Assembly (NCBI RefSeq): GCF_000181795.1
Contig: NW_003526948.1
Coordinates: 2,954,945 to 3,018,944 of the forward strand
DNA from: Trichinella spiralis
Taxonomy: Eukaryota
Direction: 5' to 3'
Length of the DNA: 64,000 nt
Below the pieces are notes generated by a model. It saw only the letters and a program-made list of their open reading frames with translations, had not been told where the DNA came from and ran no database searches. This document shows positions 11,901 through 25,412 of the stretch, in pieces. Both the position numbers and the translations under genes were made by a program. Position 1 is the first letter of the stretch, and each line of letters opens with the position of its first letter.

Positions 11901-14900
11901 TTCTACTTTCATTCAAACAATTAATAATAAAATTCTGGACGATCTGAAAAACTAAACGATAGTTGAAAATTCTAATGTGCAACTGCTCTTTCGTGTAAAT
12001 TTTAATTTTAAAACTTATTCAAATTAGCTCAATAATTTATTAATATGCATAAATATAATATCAACTATTTCAAACGGATAATATGAATTGCAGACAAATG
12101 GACGAAATTATACAACGTTCAACAATTGTTCCACTGCATTTTTGCACAGTAAAAGTGACTGATTAAAAACCTGCAGAGATGTGCAATTGTGCGAAAAAAT
12201 CTCTTTTTACAAACAATATTTACTGCACCTTTACTATTAATCGATCAATTAATGGAAGCTCTAAATCACTTCTTACATGAAGCAACGACAACAACAACGC
12301 TCAGCCTTCAGCTGTTCGTATCAGTATCGAAAGTGGTATCCTCCTGTGGATCTATTTTGCCCAAATTTTACATCGCTGATTGCGAATAAAGATTGCCAAA
12401 CGGTATTTGCATAGAAATAATCATGCTTTTAATCTTCTCGTCACCATCAATTCAGAAAGATAACAACACACTGCTGGGTGATAAATTCTGGGCAAATCCA
12501 ATTTTCCCCATATCACACTGCAAGTTTATGCAAACCAGGCAAGCACGAGACACTGTTTTCATTGTCAGGAAAATGGACCATTTTTCTACTTGACAAAAAT
12601 TTTATTTCTATTTTTTCTTTTTTTAACACGCAATAATTTCTTCCTTTTGGTCAATGCTATTTGAATAAATTTTCAAAATTCAACTTTTAAATTCACAATT
12701 TCCGAACAATAAACAGGAGAAAAACTCAGAACTTCTCAGAACAACAAATTCAGTTAAATTTTGTAATTGGAAAATCAATATGCACACAATAAAGTGCTTT
12801 GAATTCAATTGAAGCGTGCTGAATGTGATCATAAAGCGAGCAACTGAATTTCACCTGTTTTGTCAATAGACAGCATGAAATTATGGTATCCAGTGAAACG
12901 GTAAGAAAAAGCAGAAGATTTAGGATTAGGAGGATAAAAGGTAATTTGATAAGGTTGAAAAAAATATGAATCTGAATAAAGCGTATTGCATTGTATGAAT
13001 AATTTTTCAACCACCTCTTGTCCACCATTATACATATACATTATTTTTCAAATTTCTACCTATCTGTTCCAATACTAGAATACGAGCGAAATTTAAAACT
13101 TTTGCCATTTGATATGAACAAATTTGAATTTATATCTCACGAAAAAGGAACAAAAATTTTTTTCATGAATACTAACCAAATAAATATTTCAAATAATTGC
13201 CAATTCGAATAATTTGTTAACGGTACGTTGATTTGTTTTGTTACGTATAAATGTTTGAAAACAAGCGAGCAGCATGAAATCTATTTGCAAATACAAAAAG
13301 TTGAATGGATGATGAATCCTTTTCATCTGATTATTGTGCATTCATTCAAGCTGTGTAAGCAAGCTCTCAAAAATAGAAAACCAAAAACAAAAAATAATTT
13401 GCCATATCGTAAATGATAAAAATTTCAAAAAAAAGAAAAGCAAAAAAAAGAATTTCAAAAATTTGATCCAATATGATTCCAGTGATCACTGAAAGATGAT
13501 GAATAATCTGCTCAGGAGATCAAAGTTTTAATAAAGTTATTTAAGTTGTTGGACAGCTGCTACTTGGTGACTTCAACTGCATCATCTACTGAGGAAGGAG
13601 CAACAGCGGAGAGAGTTAACATTAGCAAAAAATTTAAAAAGTTGTCAATAACCCCTCTGTGGATGTGTGCATTATTCATTTATAACTTTATACATGTGTT
13701 TTCACAAACTGTCATAGCCGTGTTTGCAGTTAAATTATTATTATTATTATTTTTATTAGCATGCGATTACTTCGTAAAATTGGCAAAGAAGTGCATGACT
13801 CTATTGGGCAATTGTAACTGAAATTGCTTGCACATTACAGACAGTGATTACGAGCCGCTGCAAAGTCGATTCTCGTTCGCAACAAGGCTTAACTGCTTAA
13901 GAATGAAGAAAAGCGGCTTGTGGTTCTTTTTTCCACTGTTGTATTCACGTGAGCGAATTTTCCATTTTCATCGCATATTGCTATGCGTATGCAAGCGCGC
14001 TCAGCTGCACTTTTAGCTTCGAAGCTTGACAGCACGTCCACCAGGTCCCGACGGACGTGCATGTCCAATGAACAATTTGATAATCTGCGGCCGAACCGTT
14101 TTGGCGCATCGTTCAGCAATTAGTGAACCAAACGATCGAAAATTTTCTCCTCATCGCTCTTGCTGAAAAGCTAGCTGATTTTCCTATTTCATTTTCCAAC
14201 CAGTCATCTTGCTCTTTTTTTCTTTTCAAATAAAAAAATATGCTCATGTATCATGTTGCATAATTTACGAGAATTAATCTGTCACCATGAAATAAAAAAA
14301 AATAAACATACTGCACATTTTCCTACTATTGGGAGAACATTGTCAAAAATGAATATCTTATTTTGAACTTAATAAATTGAATTATCAAAACATAGTTCAA
14401 AAAAAACAGATAAAGCCGCACAGGAGAAATTCATGCTTTAATCGTTGATGGAAAAGTTTATATCAAAGATTTCATTATCAATTTAAATGTGAAAGTATAA
14501 TTATTTCACGATAGTGAATACCACGCTAGTGAAAGCTCGTATTTATTTCACAGCACAAGGAAATGAAGAACATTTATCGAATTATTTTAAAATAAAGATT
14601 ATCAACTGTAAATGCGCGAACATGTTAAAGAGGTTGCAATACAATACAACTGTATCTTGCAATACAACAGAGCATGTTATAATTGAATCATAAAATATTT
14701 GTCAATGTTTCAAATTGTCCTCAGAGAAACTTGATGCAGCATAAATAAATCTATTTCATAATTTTGTTTTCATGAAATGGAATCTTATTTTAAAAATACA
14801 TTGATTATCATCATTATTTGAAAACAAATCCGAATAGAAAAGCGGAGAAAGCATAATTTTTTTCCAATGTGAAATGCAGATATACGTGCGTGCGTAAATG

Positions 14901-16427
14901 TGTGTAAAAATTCGTGCTGTCTTGTTATTTTCTTTAATTATTTGTTAATTTGAAAACATGAAATAATTAATTCTGATAAAAGCGCACCAATTCACGCAAT
15001 GAAAAAGATACTGGCCCATCTTTGCTAAAGTTCATAATCGAAATGTGGAAGACTGATTGATATTTTATGATTGGAATGGAAATGCTTAATAACAGAATGT
15101 TTTGTGTCCATATTAGACAACAGTGACTGATCATTAGACGGAAAACTTTTATACCTCAAAAATTTACATTATACAAGAAGCAAATATTTATGAATAATTC
15201 AAACAGTGACGTGTGTTGAACATCAGAATAATAATATATACATATCTTACTGTATATGTAACCTGCATCAGTTATGCTGCTTGTAAATTTAGCAAATGTT
15301 CTGTGCATGCTATTATCAAAATTGAAATAGGCTAAAGTTTCAAAACAACAAAGCAAACAAAATGTACAAACACAACAATCCGTGCGCAATTTCTGAAAAT
15401 TAAATAACGAACTACACTAAATAATATAAAGTGAGAAACTACTTGCTGTTCGTTTAATTTACATGATTAAAATAATTTCTTCTCAAAGAATACAAATTCA
15501 ATTATTTATCAACTTTAGTATCAATGACGTGCGAAAGAGCCATACAATTTCAGCTTGAAGCAGATCTAATCTACATACGTCAGAAAATGTTCGACTTAAG
15601 AACAATAGAGTGATGCTGTCGTGGTTTTTTCTGCCAATGAGTGCTCATTTCAAAAATTTGAAAAACAAAAAAGCATTTCCACCATCCCATATTCACTTAG
15701 ATTTCACAGCATGCATTTTAGCTGTACAAATTAATTAGAAACGACGGTTGATTAAAAACGCGTTTCGGTCGTAGTAAAGATGATTAGAAATGATTAGAAA
15801 ATCTCTTGTAATTTCCAGCAATATAATATTATTATTGAAATATGTAAAATTTTGCAGACCAACCAACACATTGCATTACCCATGAGTTGAAGATTGTCTT
15901 TTGGATTCTGTAGCTTTTTGAAAACCATTTAATGATTATTAATTTTCACATTAAAATACATTCATAATAATATAAATAAAGCTTCAACTATAACAAAGAG
16001 CATTAAATAAATAAAAATAAATTAACAGACGTTTCTACACACACACACACACACACACACGCGCACACACATGTGGGCGTGCAGATTGCTAAACAGATAG
16101 AGCAATTATGAAATACTAGTTAAAATAATTAAACTCTATAAACCATATTCGAATCATTCCAAAAAACGGAAATACCTGGTAAGACTGGTTAGCATGAAAA
16201 AGGCTCTGACATTTATGAATAAGACGAGCGAAAGCAGCGCTCAAAATGGTCAACTTCCGACGACCGTGTAGGGTTAGCTCCAATTGCTCAATATCTACTT
16301 GACCAAGCAGAAGGTCCAGATCAACAAAAGCCCTATCAAATTGTTTTTCAACTTGCTCCAGCGATGCATAAAAGCAAACCCCTTGTTGCGCCTGGTCTCC
16401 AGTTAAAGCATCTGTCGGCCTCGCCAT
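8984..16427 (-). CDS. GOPC: Golgi-associated PDZ and coiled-coil protein (GOPC/PIST/CAL)
   Basis: Exon 1 16427-16176 ([23 protein letters not shown]), then a 5.4-kb intron. Further exons start at 10790, 10429 ([19 protein letters not shown]), ~10110 ([30 protein letters not shown]), ~9775 and ~9596 ([25 protein letters not shown]), ~9250 and ~9071. Stop at 8984-8986. Confidence 0.95.
16037..16070. repeat. (CA)n microsatellite in GOPC intron 1
   Basis: acacacacac... run interrupted once by gcgc. Confidence 0.9.
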
Positions 16428-17700
16428 GAGCCGTTGCCGTTAGCCTGTGTCCAACGTTTCGATAACGGCTACTGATGAGCAGTGACCATAAACAGAAGCG
16501 TTGAGCAAAGAAAGACGACAAATTGCGCCTACTCGACTCAGTAACCAACGATGGCAATAAACTGCAATGAAATTAAGCGCGCAGCGCTGAGGACCCAGAA
16601 GGAGCTAAGAAAAATCTTTAGCTTCCAGGGCGGCGCAGTTGTTGTTGCCAGTGAATGTGACATGCAAGAAGACATAACTAAGCCCTTTTCGGTCGATAGC
16701 TGCTTACTAACTTAAAAGCAATGCCTGCTTTCTTTCTGTTGCTAATAATTCCGGAAACTTTGTCCGTTACATTATTTCGACTTGAGTATAAACCCACTCA
16801 CTGCCCATAATTTATTCTGTTTTAAAATTTCAACACCTTCAAATATTAAAACTAAAATTTATCCAAAAAGCAGCAATAATAATTATTCCAATTGATATGT
16901 ACAAAATATCACTGATGAAATTTAACAGTGGAATATATGAATTTACACAACATGAATTCAAAAATTATTTTCTTTGCAATTCAATGATTACTTCACTGTC
17001 GGATGCACTGATGCGTGTAGTACATTGTGTCCTTAACAATTACGCAAGCATAAAAGACTATACGAGATTGTTTTTTTAATAAATAAACATTTTTCAGTAT
17101 TTTGCCCTACGTACGCGTCAGCCGCAAGACTTATGTTACTTATGCACTTTTGAAAATTTAAACTTTACTCAAAACTAAGAAAACTCATACATTTACAAAA
17201 GCAAAAACGGCCGCTAAAAACAGTAATAGAATGATGAAATTATATGAATTAAAAATAAAATATGAATGTTGATATATCAATAGTCTAATATTAAACCAGA
17301 ATTGATATCATTTTAGCTATTTACAAACTTCTGACATATTGTTTTGTTCCAATTTTAATGAGTAGTCAAAGAAATTTACAGCATGACTGAGTAAACACTT
17401 GCAGCAAATAAGCGGAATGTTTGCTATAAAATACACACATCTATTTTTGGTTGATACTAAATATTCAAGAATAATAAAATACTTCATTAATACAATTGTA
17501 ATATGCCTGCCTATTGCAAGAGTGGCTGAAACTTATTTTGCAAGTACAAGCTCCCTGTGCATCTATTGCACAGACGAGAAAATAATCTGTCAATAGATGA
17601 CGTCATTTGTTTAATCATAAAGAATGAAATTTTAAAATGCATCATTATGCATTTTGCCAATCTGTTCAATTTAATCATTAAGAACATACAGCGCGTCGGA

Positions 17701-20700
17701 ATGACAAAAAATAAAGAAATAACCTACACAGTTATTAAAACATTTTTCATTTTCTTCTGCATGCAAGAAATTGGACCTGGACTTTTTGTGTTAGGTAAAT
17801 TATTCTTGAACGTTGACAAATTTCACAGAACTGTTCTGTAATTAGTACTTTTGTTTGTTTTTCAAATGTGAGATACACTATGATTCATGCAAACAGTTTT
17901 TTCTCATTTTACCAAATCAAAAAAAAAAAAACAATTCATCATTTTGCACATTTACAAATGTGATAAATCACACAATAAGCATTTCATAGCGTGATTTATC
18001 CACTTTTCTTTTAGAATTTAAATAATCAGTTCCACTACAATTCGTCAATAAATGTACTGAGAGCAGTTCAGATGGATCACTTAAACTAATTTTTTGAAAA
18101 TCGCACGATCTGTTACCGTAATATACTTACATAGAGTTCTGTATTATTAACTACAATTTTTCTGTATTTCAAATGTTGCAAAACTTTTAAAATCTTAAAT
18201 CGCATTTAAATAAATTAATAAATTTTAATAAATATTCAACGATTTCGATATTTGAATGTATTGCATTCAATGGATGCTCTAGTTCTACTACAGAATACAT
18301 AAAAGAATAGGCATCAACAATTTTAATTAATTTACGTCATTAAATAAATATAATATGTTTTTTGTCTATTTAATTTTTATCTCATGCTTCTCTTTCGAAA
18401 AACAAAAGCGTACACTTTCCCACAGTATAAGTAAAACAGTGTTCAACAAGTTTTATAGGTATGACAGAAGAAGAACGTTGTATTCTATGTGCTATCCTTA
18501 CCGGAAATCATGAGTTATTAAAGAACATAGGTAGGGGTGTAGGTGGAATAGCCATCAATTGATTCGCGTTTGCTTTTGCTAGATGTACTGTAGTGAGAAC
18601 TGTTCATTTGAATTCAGGCAAAACTTTTACAGAAATACACTTACGAAAAGCAAAATTCCTTACACGAAATTAAATGAAAATTACATGCAAACGTTTATGC
18701 ATTGGCTGGTGGACGCAATATACTGCATAAAATTTAGAGAAATAAATTATCATACGAAGCAAATGTAAAATTATTAATCACTAATAATTAGTCTTTTTCT
18801 TATAATAATTGCATGATCATGCATAATCAACAAGTGAATTGCATAAAAGAGTTCGCCTACTTTTCACTGTACTAATAAAATTTGCATAATGATACGAATG
18901 AAACATAAACGATCCGTTTTCCATACCTTCAGGATATTACGGGAGCATGGGAGGTTACAGTAATTACTGGCAACAACCATACTATGGAAATAGTTACGTA
19001 TATGGCAATAATATGTACGGATACGGATACGGAAACGGATATGGATATGGTAGTGGATACGGGTACGGAAGTAACCCATACGGATATGGAAATAATCAAG
19101 GATACGGTAGTGGTTCATATGGATACGGTGTTGGTTCTTATGGATATGGAAATAATCCGGGATATGGGTACGGAGCGAACTATAATTATAATAACAATAA
19201 CCAGCAAAACCCTGCACCATCGTCAAACTTTGATTATACGAACGGTAAGGCATTCGGCGGCAGCAATTCAGGAATGTCTAGCGGTGGAAGCTGTTCAACT
19301 CATGAAGAATGTGGTGAACAAACAGTATGTAGTGGAGGAAGTTGTGTTGCTGGATATCCAGGTCAAAAATGTTCAAGCCAAAGTGAATGTGGACCTGATT
19401 CACCCTGCCGTTACGGAAGATGTTGGAGCCCTGCTGCTAGTGGTGGTAATGAAAAATAATTTATACTAAATTTTATCCCTCATTCAGTAATATAATAAAA
19501 TAATGTGACCACTTTTCTAATTAATAACAGTATCTATTAATTATATAAATAATACATTTTTGAAAAGATCACAGCAGTAATCAAAATAATCAAATTACAT
19601 CCATTGAAATTTTCGAAAGACATACAAATGCAATTCAATATTGAAATATTCTAAAATATTACAGCAAAAAATCTGTTTCATTTCCACATATATTGCTTAT
19701 GCTCATTTCTGTAATTCATGAAACTTCATTCACACATTATATTTCATTCTGGATAAAGAATTAAAAGTAAAAGTACATTTATGAAGCTAAATTAATGTGC
19801 ATTTTTTTCAGATGGTAGTACCGGAAATCAATGTAACAGTTCAGACCAGTGTGAAGAGCACGAGATCTGTGCATCTGGAACATGCTCATCTGCAATGCCA
19901 TCTACAACAAAGTGCTCAGGAGATGAAGAATGTCCAGGGGGTGGATGTAAATTTGATTACTGCTGGTTTCCAGATGGAGCAGGCGGAGAAAATGGAACCC
20001 CAGAAAATCCAGGTAACATTTATGTTGACAGTTTATTTGCTTTTAAAATAAACACTTCAAACCCAAGGCAAAGAGTTAATTTCCTTATCTTGTTATAAAC
20101 TCCAACGAAGCACATTATTGTATACATACATGCATATATAATTAAACACATTCTGTAGAAAAACCGTCTTCAAATAATGCTATATATTAATTTAGAACAG
20201 CCAAATCAAAATCAAAGATGTTCAACTCAAGCTGACTGTGGTGCAAATCAGATTTGTTCTGATGTGCATAAAAACCTGTGCACAGATGGATATTCTCTTG
20301 GTATCCCGTGCACTAAAGAAGGAGACTGCGATAGAAAAGACGTATGCAAAAATAATGTCTGCTGGAGAGAAGGACGTAAGCAAGTGATGGTGTTGATAAC
20401 GGAACTTTAATTAATTTCTTTTAGAGGATAACGGCCTTCCTGCCAATGAACGTTGCAAAAAGCAAGATGAATGTAAAGCAAATACTGTATGTGAAGATGA
20501 AAAATGTCAAAATGCAATTGTAACCACAAAGAAATGTCTCATGCAAATGAACTGCAAGTCAGCTGAAGCTTGTCGATTCGGCTATTGTTGGTCGGTGACA
20601 AATGGTATATTTCATTTGAATATTACAAATTTAATATGCAAATGACTTTGAGTACTCATACCTATTCTTCTATGGTGTAGATTTGATAGATGAAAATAAT

Positions 20701-21746
20701 CCAATGACTCCTTGCAAAACTCAAGCTGACTGTGGTCCAGGAACAATTTGTTCAGATATACATGCAAATAAATGTATGAAAGCCCATACAACAACTGTAC
20801 CTTGTAAAAAAGAAAAAGACTGCTATGCAAAAGATGTTTGCAAAGATGGAGAATGCTGGGTAGAAGGAGGTATGCATTTATTTTAGGGTTTTGAGAGCTG
20901 CATTCTGAAGTTCGCTATGATTGCAGAAGACAAAGGATTTCCTCCTGGAACATCTTGTACAAAAGACGAGCAATGTACAGCAACAGCAGTGTGTGAAGGC
21001 AAGACTTGCAAATTAGCTACGCGTACAGACAAAAAGTGCAGAATGGAATTCACCTGTGGCAGAAGTTCTGCTTGCAAATACGGATACTGTTGGAATGTGG
21101 AAGCAGGTAAACAGAATTTTTTCCAGTAATAATAATAAAACGATATTTAATGAGTGTTTGCTTTTAAAGGAGGATCTGAAGAAATTAAAGAAGAAGCAAC
21201 GGGCGACTGCACTAAACAAGCTGACTGCGGTCCAGATGAAATTTGCTCAGATATTCATAAAAATAAATGTTACAAAGCTCATTCCATTGGAACCCCTTGC
21301 ACAAAAGAAAGGGACTGTAGTAGAAAAGATGTTTGCAAAGATGGTACCTGCTGGAAAGAAGGAAGTGCGTTGCAAACAAATTCCATAAAAGATTATCTTA
21401 TAAATAGAAATTTTTCTTCGAAAAATATTCACAAAACATTAACTAAGATATCATCTTTTGCTAAAGTTCTTTTGCAAAATTCATTTCATCAATACTGTTA
21501 TGTGATTCATATTTATTCCTTGTAAACTAATAATTTGTTTAGTTATAATTTTTATGCGTTGTTTTAGCTGATCGCGGTGCTCCTATTGGCTCAGCTTGCA
21601 GAAAAGATAACGAATGCGCAGCTACACTTGTATGCGAAAAGGACGAATGCCGACAAGGCGTTATCACGAAAAAAAAGTGTACATTCGAAGCATCCTGTGG
21701 CAAACGTGCAGCTTGCAGATACTCCTATTGCTGGAATATTGCATAA
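17701..21746 (+). CDS. Uncharacterised, probably secreted protein: Gly/Tyr-rich region plus eight 8-cysteine modules, ~660 aa
   Basis: Exons 17701-17794, 18459-18530, 18933-19445, 19812-20012, 20196-20375, 20425-20604, 20681-20869, 20927-21106, 21170-21364 and 21568-21746. All introns are phase 1 GT-AG and the total of 1983 nt is open. AATAAA at ~21827. The first two exons are less certain than the Cys exons. Confidence 0.85.
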
Positions 21747-23272
21747 CTTATCATGTTTTAAATTGCCACATTAAGCCGACAGTCCAGCTGAAATAAGTCA
21801 TGATTGTTTTGTAATTTTGTTTTTCAAATAAAATTGAATATTTTGCTTAACTGTTTGTAAGGATTTTACAGCTTATTTTCAAGTTATCAACCAATAAAAT
21901 TCTAGCACATCTGTCGATATATCTTAAACTTGACAATAGTTTGCGCTTGCAATAATCTTCAAATATGTTTATTTTCAGGTGCTAAGGCGGCAAGTTTTTG
22001 AACTTATCATCTTTCTGATTCAAATAACAAACAGCGGCAACTGGTGATGAAACACTGCTTACTTGAAGTTCTAAAGCATGCTGAAATCAACGTTCCAAAT
22101 CTCAATAGTTTACTGACGTCAATTCGTTACGTTTAAAGCTAACTAACACATCCTGCTCAATTTCTAAGCTATCTTTTAACATCCGGCAATGAAAAAACTA
22201 TTGGAACATTTTAAAAATAGCTTCAACAGAAATAAATTTCGAGTTTGTAAAAATAAAGGGAAAAAATTGCAAGACATTTTCTGCAAGGCACGGATTTCTA
22301 CTAGCTCAATGACTTTCTTTTGGTTGGGGTGTTAGCAAAATAAAAAATATTTCACATAAAAATTTTGCTTGGAAAGTAAAGCATCAATAAGAAAAATTTT
22401 TGACATGTTACATATTATGAATTCAATATTATCGTATTGTTGGAATAATTTGTAATTTTTATAAATAGTCGAATATCTGTTGATTATGCTGCTATTGAAT
22501 AGATATAAAATCTTCCATAAATATTAGCCGTGTGCATTAAGTAATTTCTCATTTGTTACAAAGTTGTGATTAATTATAGAAAGTAAAAAGAGAATAATTA
22601 TTGGTTTCGAAAATGACGAGTATCAGTTGGTAAGTTAAAAATTTTGGTAGAGTTATGTTTCAAATTAATTTCTACAAATTGATCCAAGTAGAGTTTAAAA
22701 TTTTTCAAATTAAATGATGTTGTATATAATAAGAAATGAAAAAAATTTTCTCAGTATTTCAAAGTTTCGGAAATTATTTATGATTAATGTTAGCTTGGTA
22801 AAAGAAAATAACATTAGAATGCGATTAACAAATGTGCGGCTGACATAGATTTTCAACTCTAGCAAAGAATTGTTTCTTCTTTTCATTGCATTTCCAAACA
22901 GATGTCGCAGCGTCAGCTGACGGAAGACTTAGTCATCAACAAGCAATCAACCGCAAATGCTCTCCGAAAATTAGAAACAAAAGCTTTATATTATGCAAAG
23001 CTAACAACAGCATTCGAACTTGCTTTGTTTCATTCATGCTTTTCGTTGCAAAAAGTGTCGGCCGAAAGAATCTCCTTGGTGTTTGTTGATCTTATAGTTC
23101 AGTTTATTAAAAGCCTTCTTCTACTTTTATATTCCAACATCAACTGTTTACTCATTGATAATTTTTTTAAAATTATTTTCATATTATTTAAATTTATACT
23201 ATTATATATCTATATATATGCATAATATGTTGTCTTTTCAGCTTCAACTCTTGCTAGATTTAAGCTGAACAA

Positions 23273-24709
23273 ATGGCATCTCGTACAACTCCTGGTGGAT
23301 TGGGATTTGCCGTCTTACAAAAGGTGAGATGCTTTATTGAAATAACATTTTTTGTTATTTTGAAAACTATTTGCAATGTATTAAAATTGAAAATGCGTAC
23401 AACTTAAGCACTAATAGTTTAACCGTTCGAACTGCAATACAAATCCAATTGTAAATTTGGATTCAGTATCTTTTTGGAATGCATAGCTGCAGTGGGATTA
23501 CTTTTATAAATGCGCAGTTGTTTGTTGGTTTGTATGTTTAATGGTTTGGTTCCAATTTTAAAAAATAGCCTACGTTTATTACTTAAAGTAAACTGTTTTT
23601 ACTGATAAGGAAGTTAGAGTTGCAATTTTTAATACTTTAGATTCCAGTTTTAAAATATACCCCTTTCTGATGACAATAAATAAATAGCTTTCAAGAGCAG
23701 TTGGCAACTATTTGCCCTTGATATTAAAATACCTCAACATTGAAACAACTGTGAAAAGTGATTGCAATAATTCACGTATCTTTGTGTTAAACATCAACCA
23801 TGCTTAACAATTGGATGTGTTTTTAGCAAGCAAGTAAATTCAATGAAGAAGAGGCACACGAGATTCTTGAGTGGATCAAAAAAGTTACTAATGAACAAAT
23901 TAGTACAGAAGGCACCCGTGATAACTTTACGAAATTGACAAAAGATGGCACATTGTTATGCAAGTAAGAATGAAAAATATTTGTTGTTCTTGGCTTGTGC
24001 ACTTGGATTTCTTTTTCACTTTGACAGCACATATAAATAGCATCATTACGTTTTATGACGCAGTAGTTCAATTATATCATTTAAAATTAATTTTCTTTAT
24101 AGATTAGCAAACAGCTTACAACCAAACAGTGTTAAAAAAATTCAGAAACCAATATCAAATTTTGCCTGCATGGAAAATATTAATTGCTTTACAGAAGCAG
24201 CAAAAAAAATGGGAGTGCCTACTGAAGAAACATTTCAAAGTGTTGACTTGTTTGAAGAACGCGACCTGTACTCGGTGTGCGTATGCCTGCTTTCTCTAGC
24301 AAGAAAGGTAGATACTTCACATACACTTCACTTTAAGTTCATAATAAAATATGAGTATAAATTCCAGTTAAACTACATTTAATTAAATGGAAACACTAAT
24401 TGTTCAATTATTAAATTTTGATTACGCGTTTAACAAAATATATGCATATACAACTATGCATATGCACCAATTTCAAACAATTTCATTGAAGTAATCTGCT
24501 TTACACTCCATTTGTATCACTTTAATCTCACATATTTTAAATACTTAATTAGCAAAATCATATTCCATTTTTAAGCAGTTTCTTTAATAAAGGCTTTCCA
24601 ACACAAAATTTCTGATGTTATATAAATTTCGCATTATTTTCAGGCAGCTGGCATGGGAAAACCAACTATCGACAGCAAAAAGTTTTCTTATGTCATTCCA
24701 CAGGAATAG
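23273..24709 (+). CDS. cpn-3: Calponin-homology protein of the transgelin/SM22 family, CPN-3-like, ~152 aa, no C-terminal calponin repeat
   Basis: Exons 23273-23323, 23827-23963, 24103-24307 and 24644-24709 give [34 protein letters not shown]...[11 protein letters not shown]...[10 protein letters not shown]...[32 protein letters not shown]. Confidence 0.88.
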
Positions 24710-25412
24710 AAAGCAAGCAGTGTGATTTCTTTTATTCGTAGAATGAACTTAATTATGCATGCTGGGAAACTCAAATCAAACCTATTGCACATCTTTCAAA
24801 CATGCCTAGTGCTATATAACAGTTTTCATCAAAGCTTTTTCATGCAAAACTTAAATTTCTAGAATACCTTATTAGACACTGAATTACAATTATACATATT
24901 CAAATAATATTATAATTAGTATTATCATAAAACTGCTATGCTGGAGAAGCCATATATTAAAAATATTAAAGAACGTACACTTTGACGCTTACTGTGAAAA
25001 AATCATAAAATTACATTTTATTACAAATTCACCAATTTTATATAATTATGTGACTGAAATACAATGTGGCACCGTATACTTCGAAAATTTAATAACACGA
25101 AAGTAAATTTTGTTGAAATGCAAACAGTATAAAGTACTAAAAATTGTAGGAAATACATTAAGCAACAATGCATAAATGGTAATTTAATAGACATTATCTT
25201 GAAGTATTTTGAAATTCATAATAAATATAAGCATATACAGAAGCTACATTCATAATAATACAGCATATTCTTTAAAATTCGTTAAACTTTAAATAAATTT
25301 TCATGTATTCAAATAAAATTATCTTTGTATCATTAGTCTTAAATTTTGCAATTATCATTAAATAGACGCACGAAACAAACATTCCAACACTCAGAATACA
25401 ATTTTACAAACG

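Noticed and set aside
18864..19469. His/Ile-rich minus ORF and Asp/Met/Thr-rich alternative-frame ORF
   Set aside because: By-products of the repetitive GGA-TAC/TAT codons of the Gly/Tyr exon.
22612..23225. Possible upstream coding exons or 107-aa ORF before the calponin gene
   Set aside because: The splice combinations tried hit stops before the calponin ATG; more likely 5' UTR or intron.
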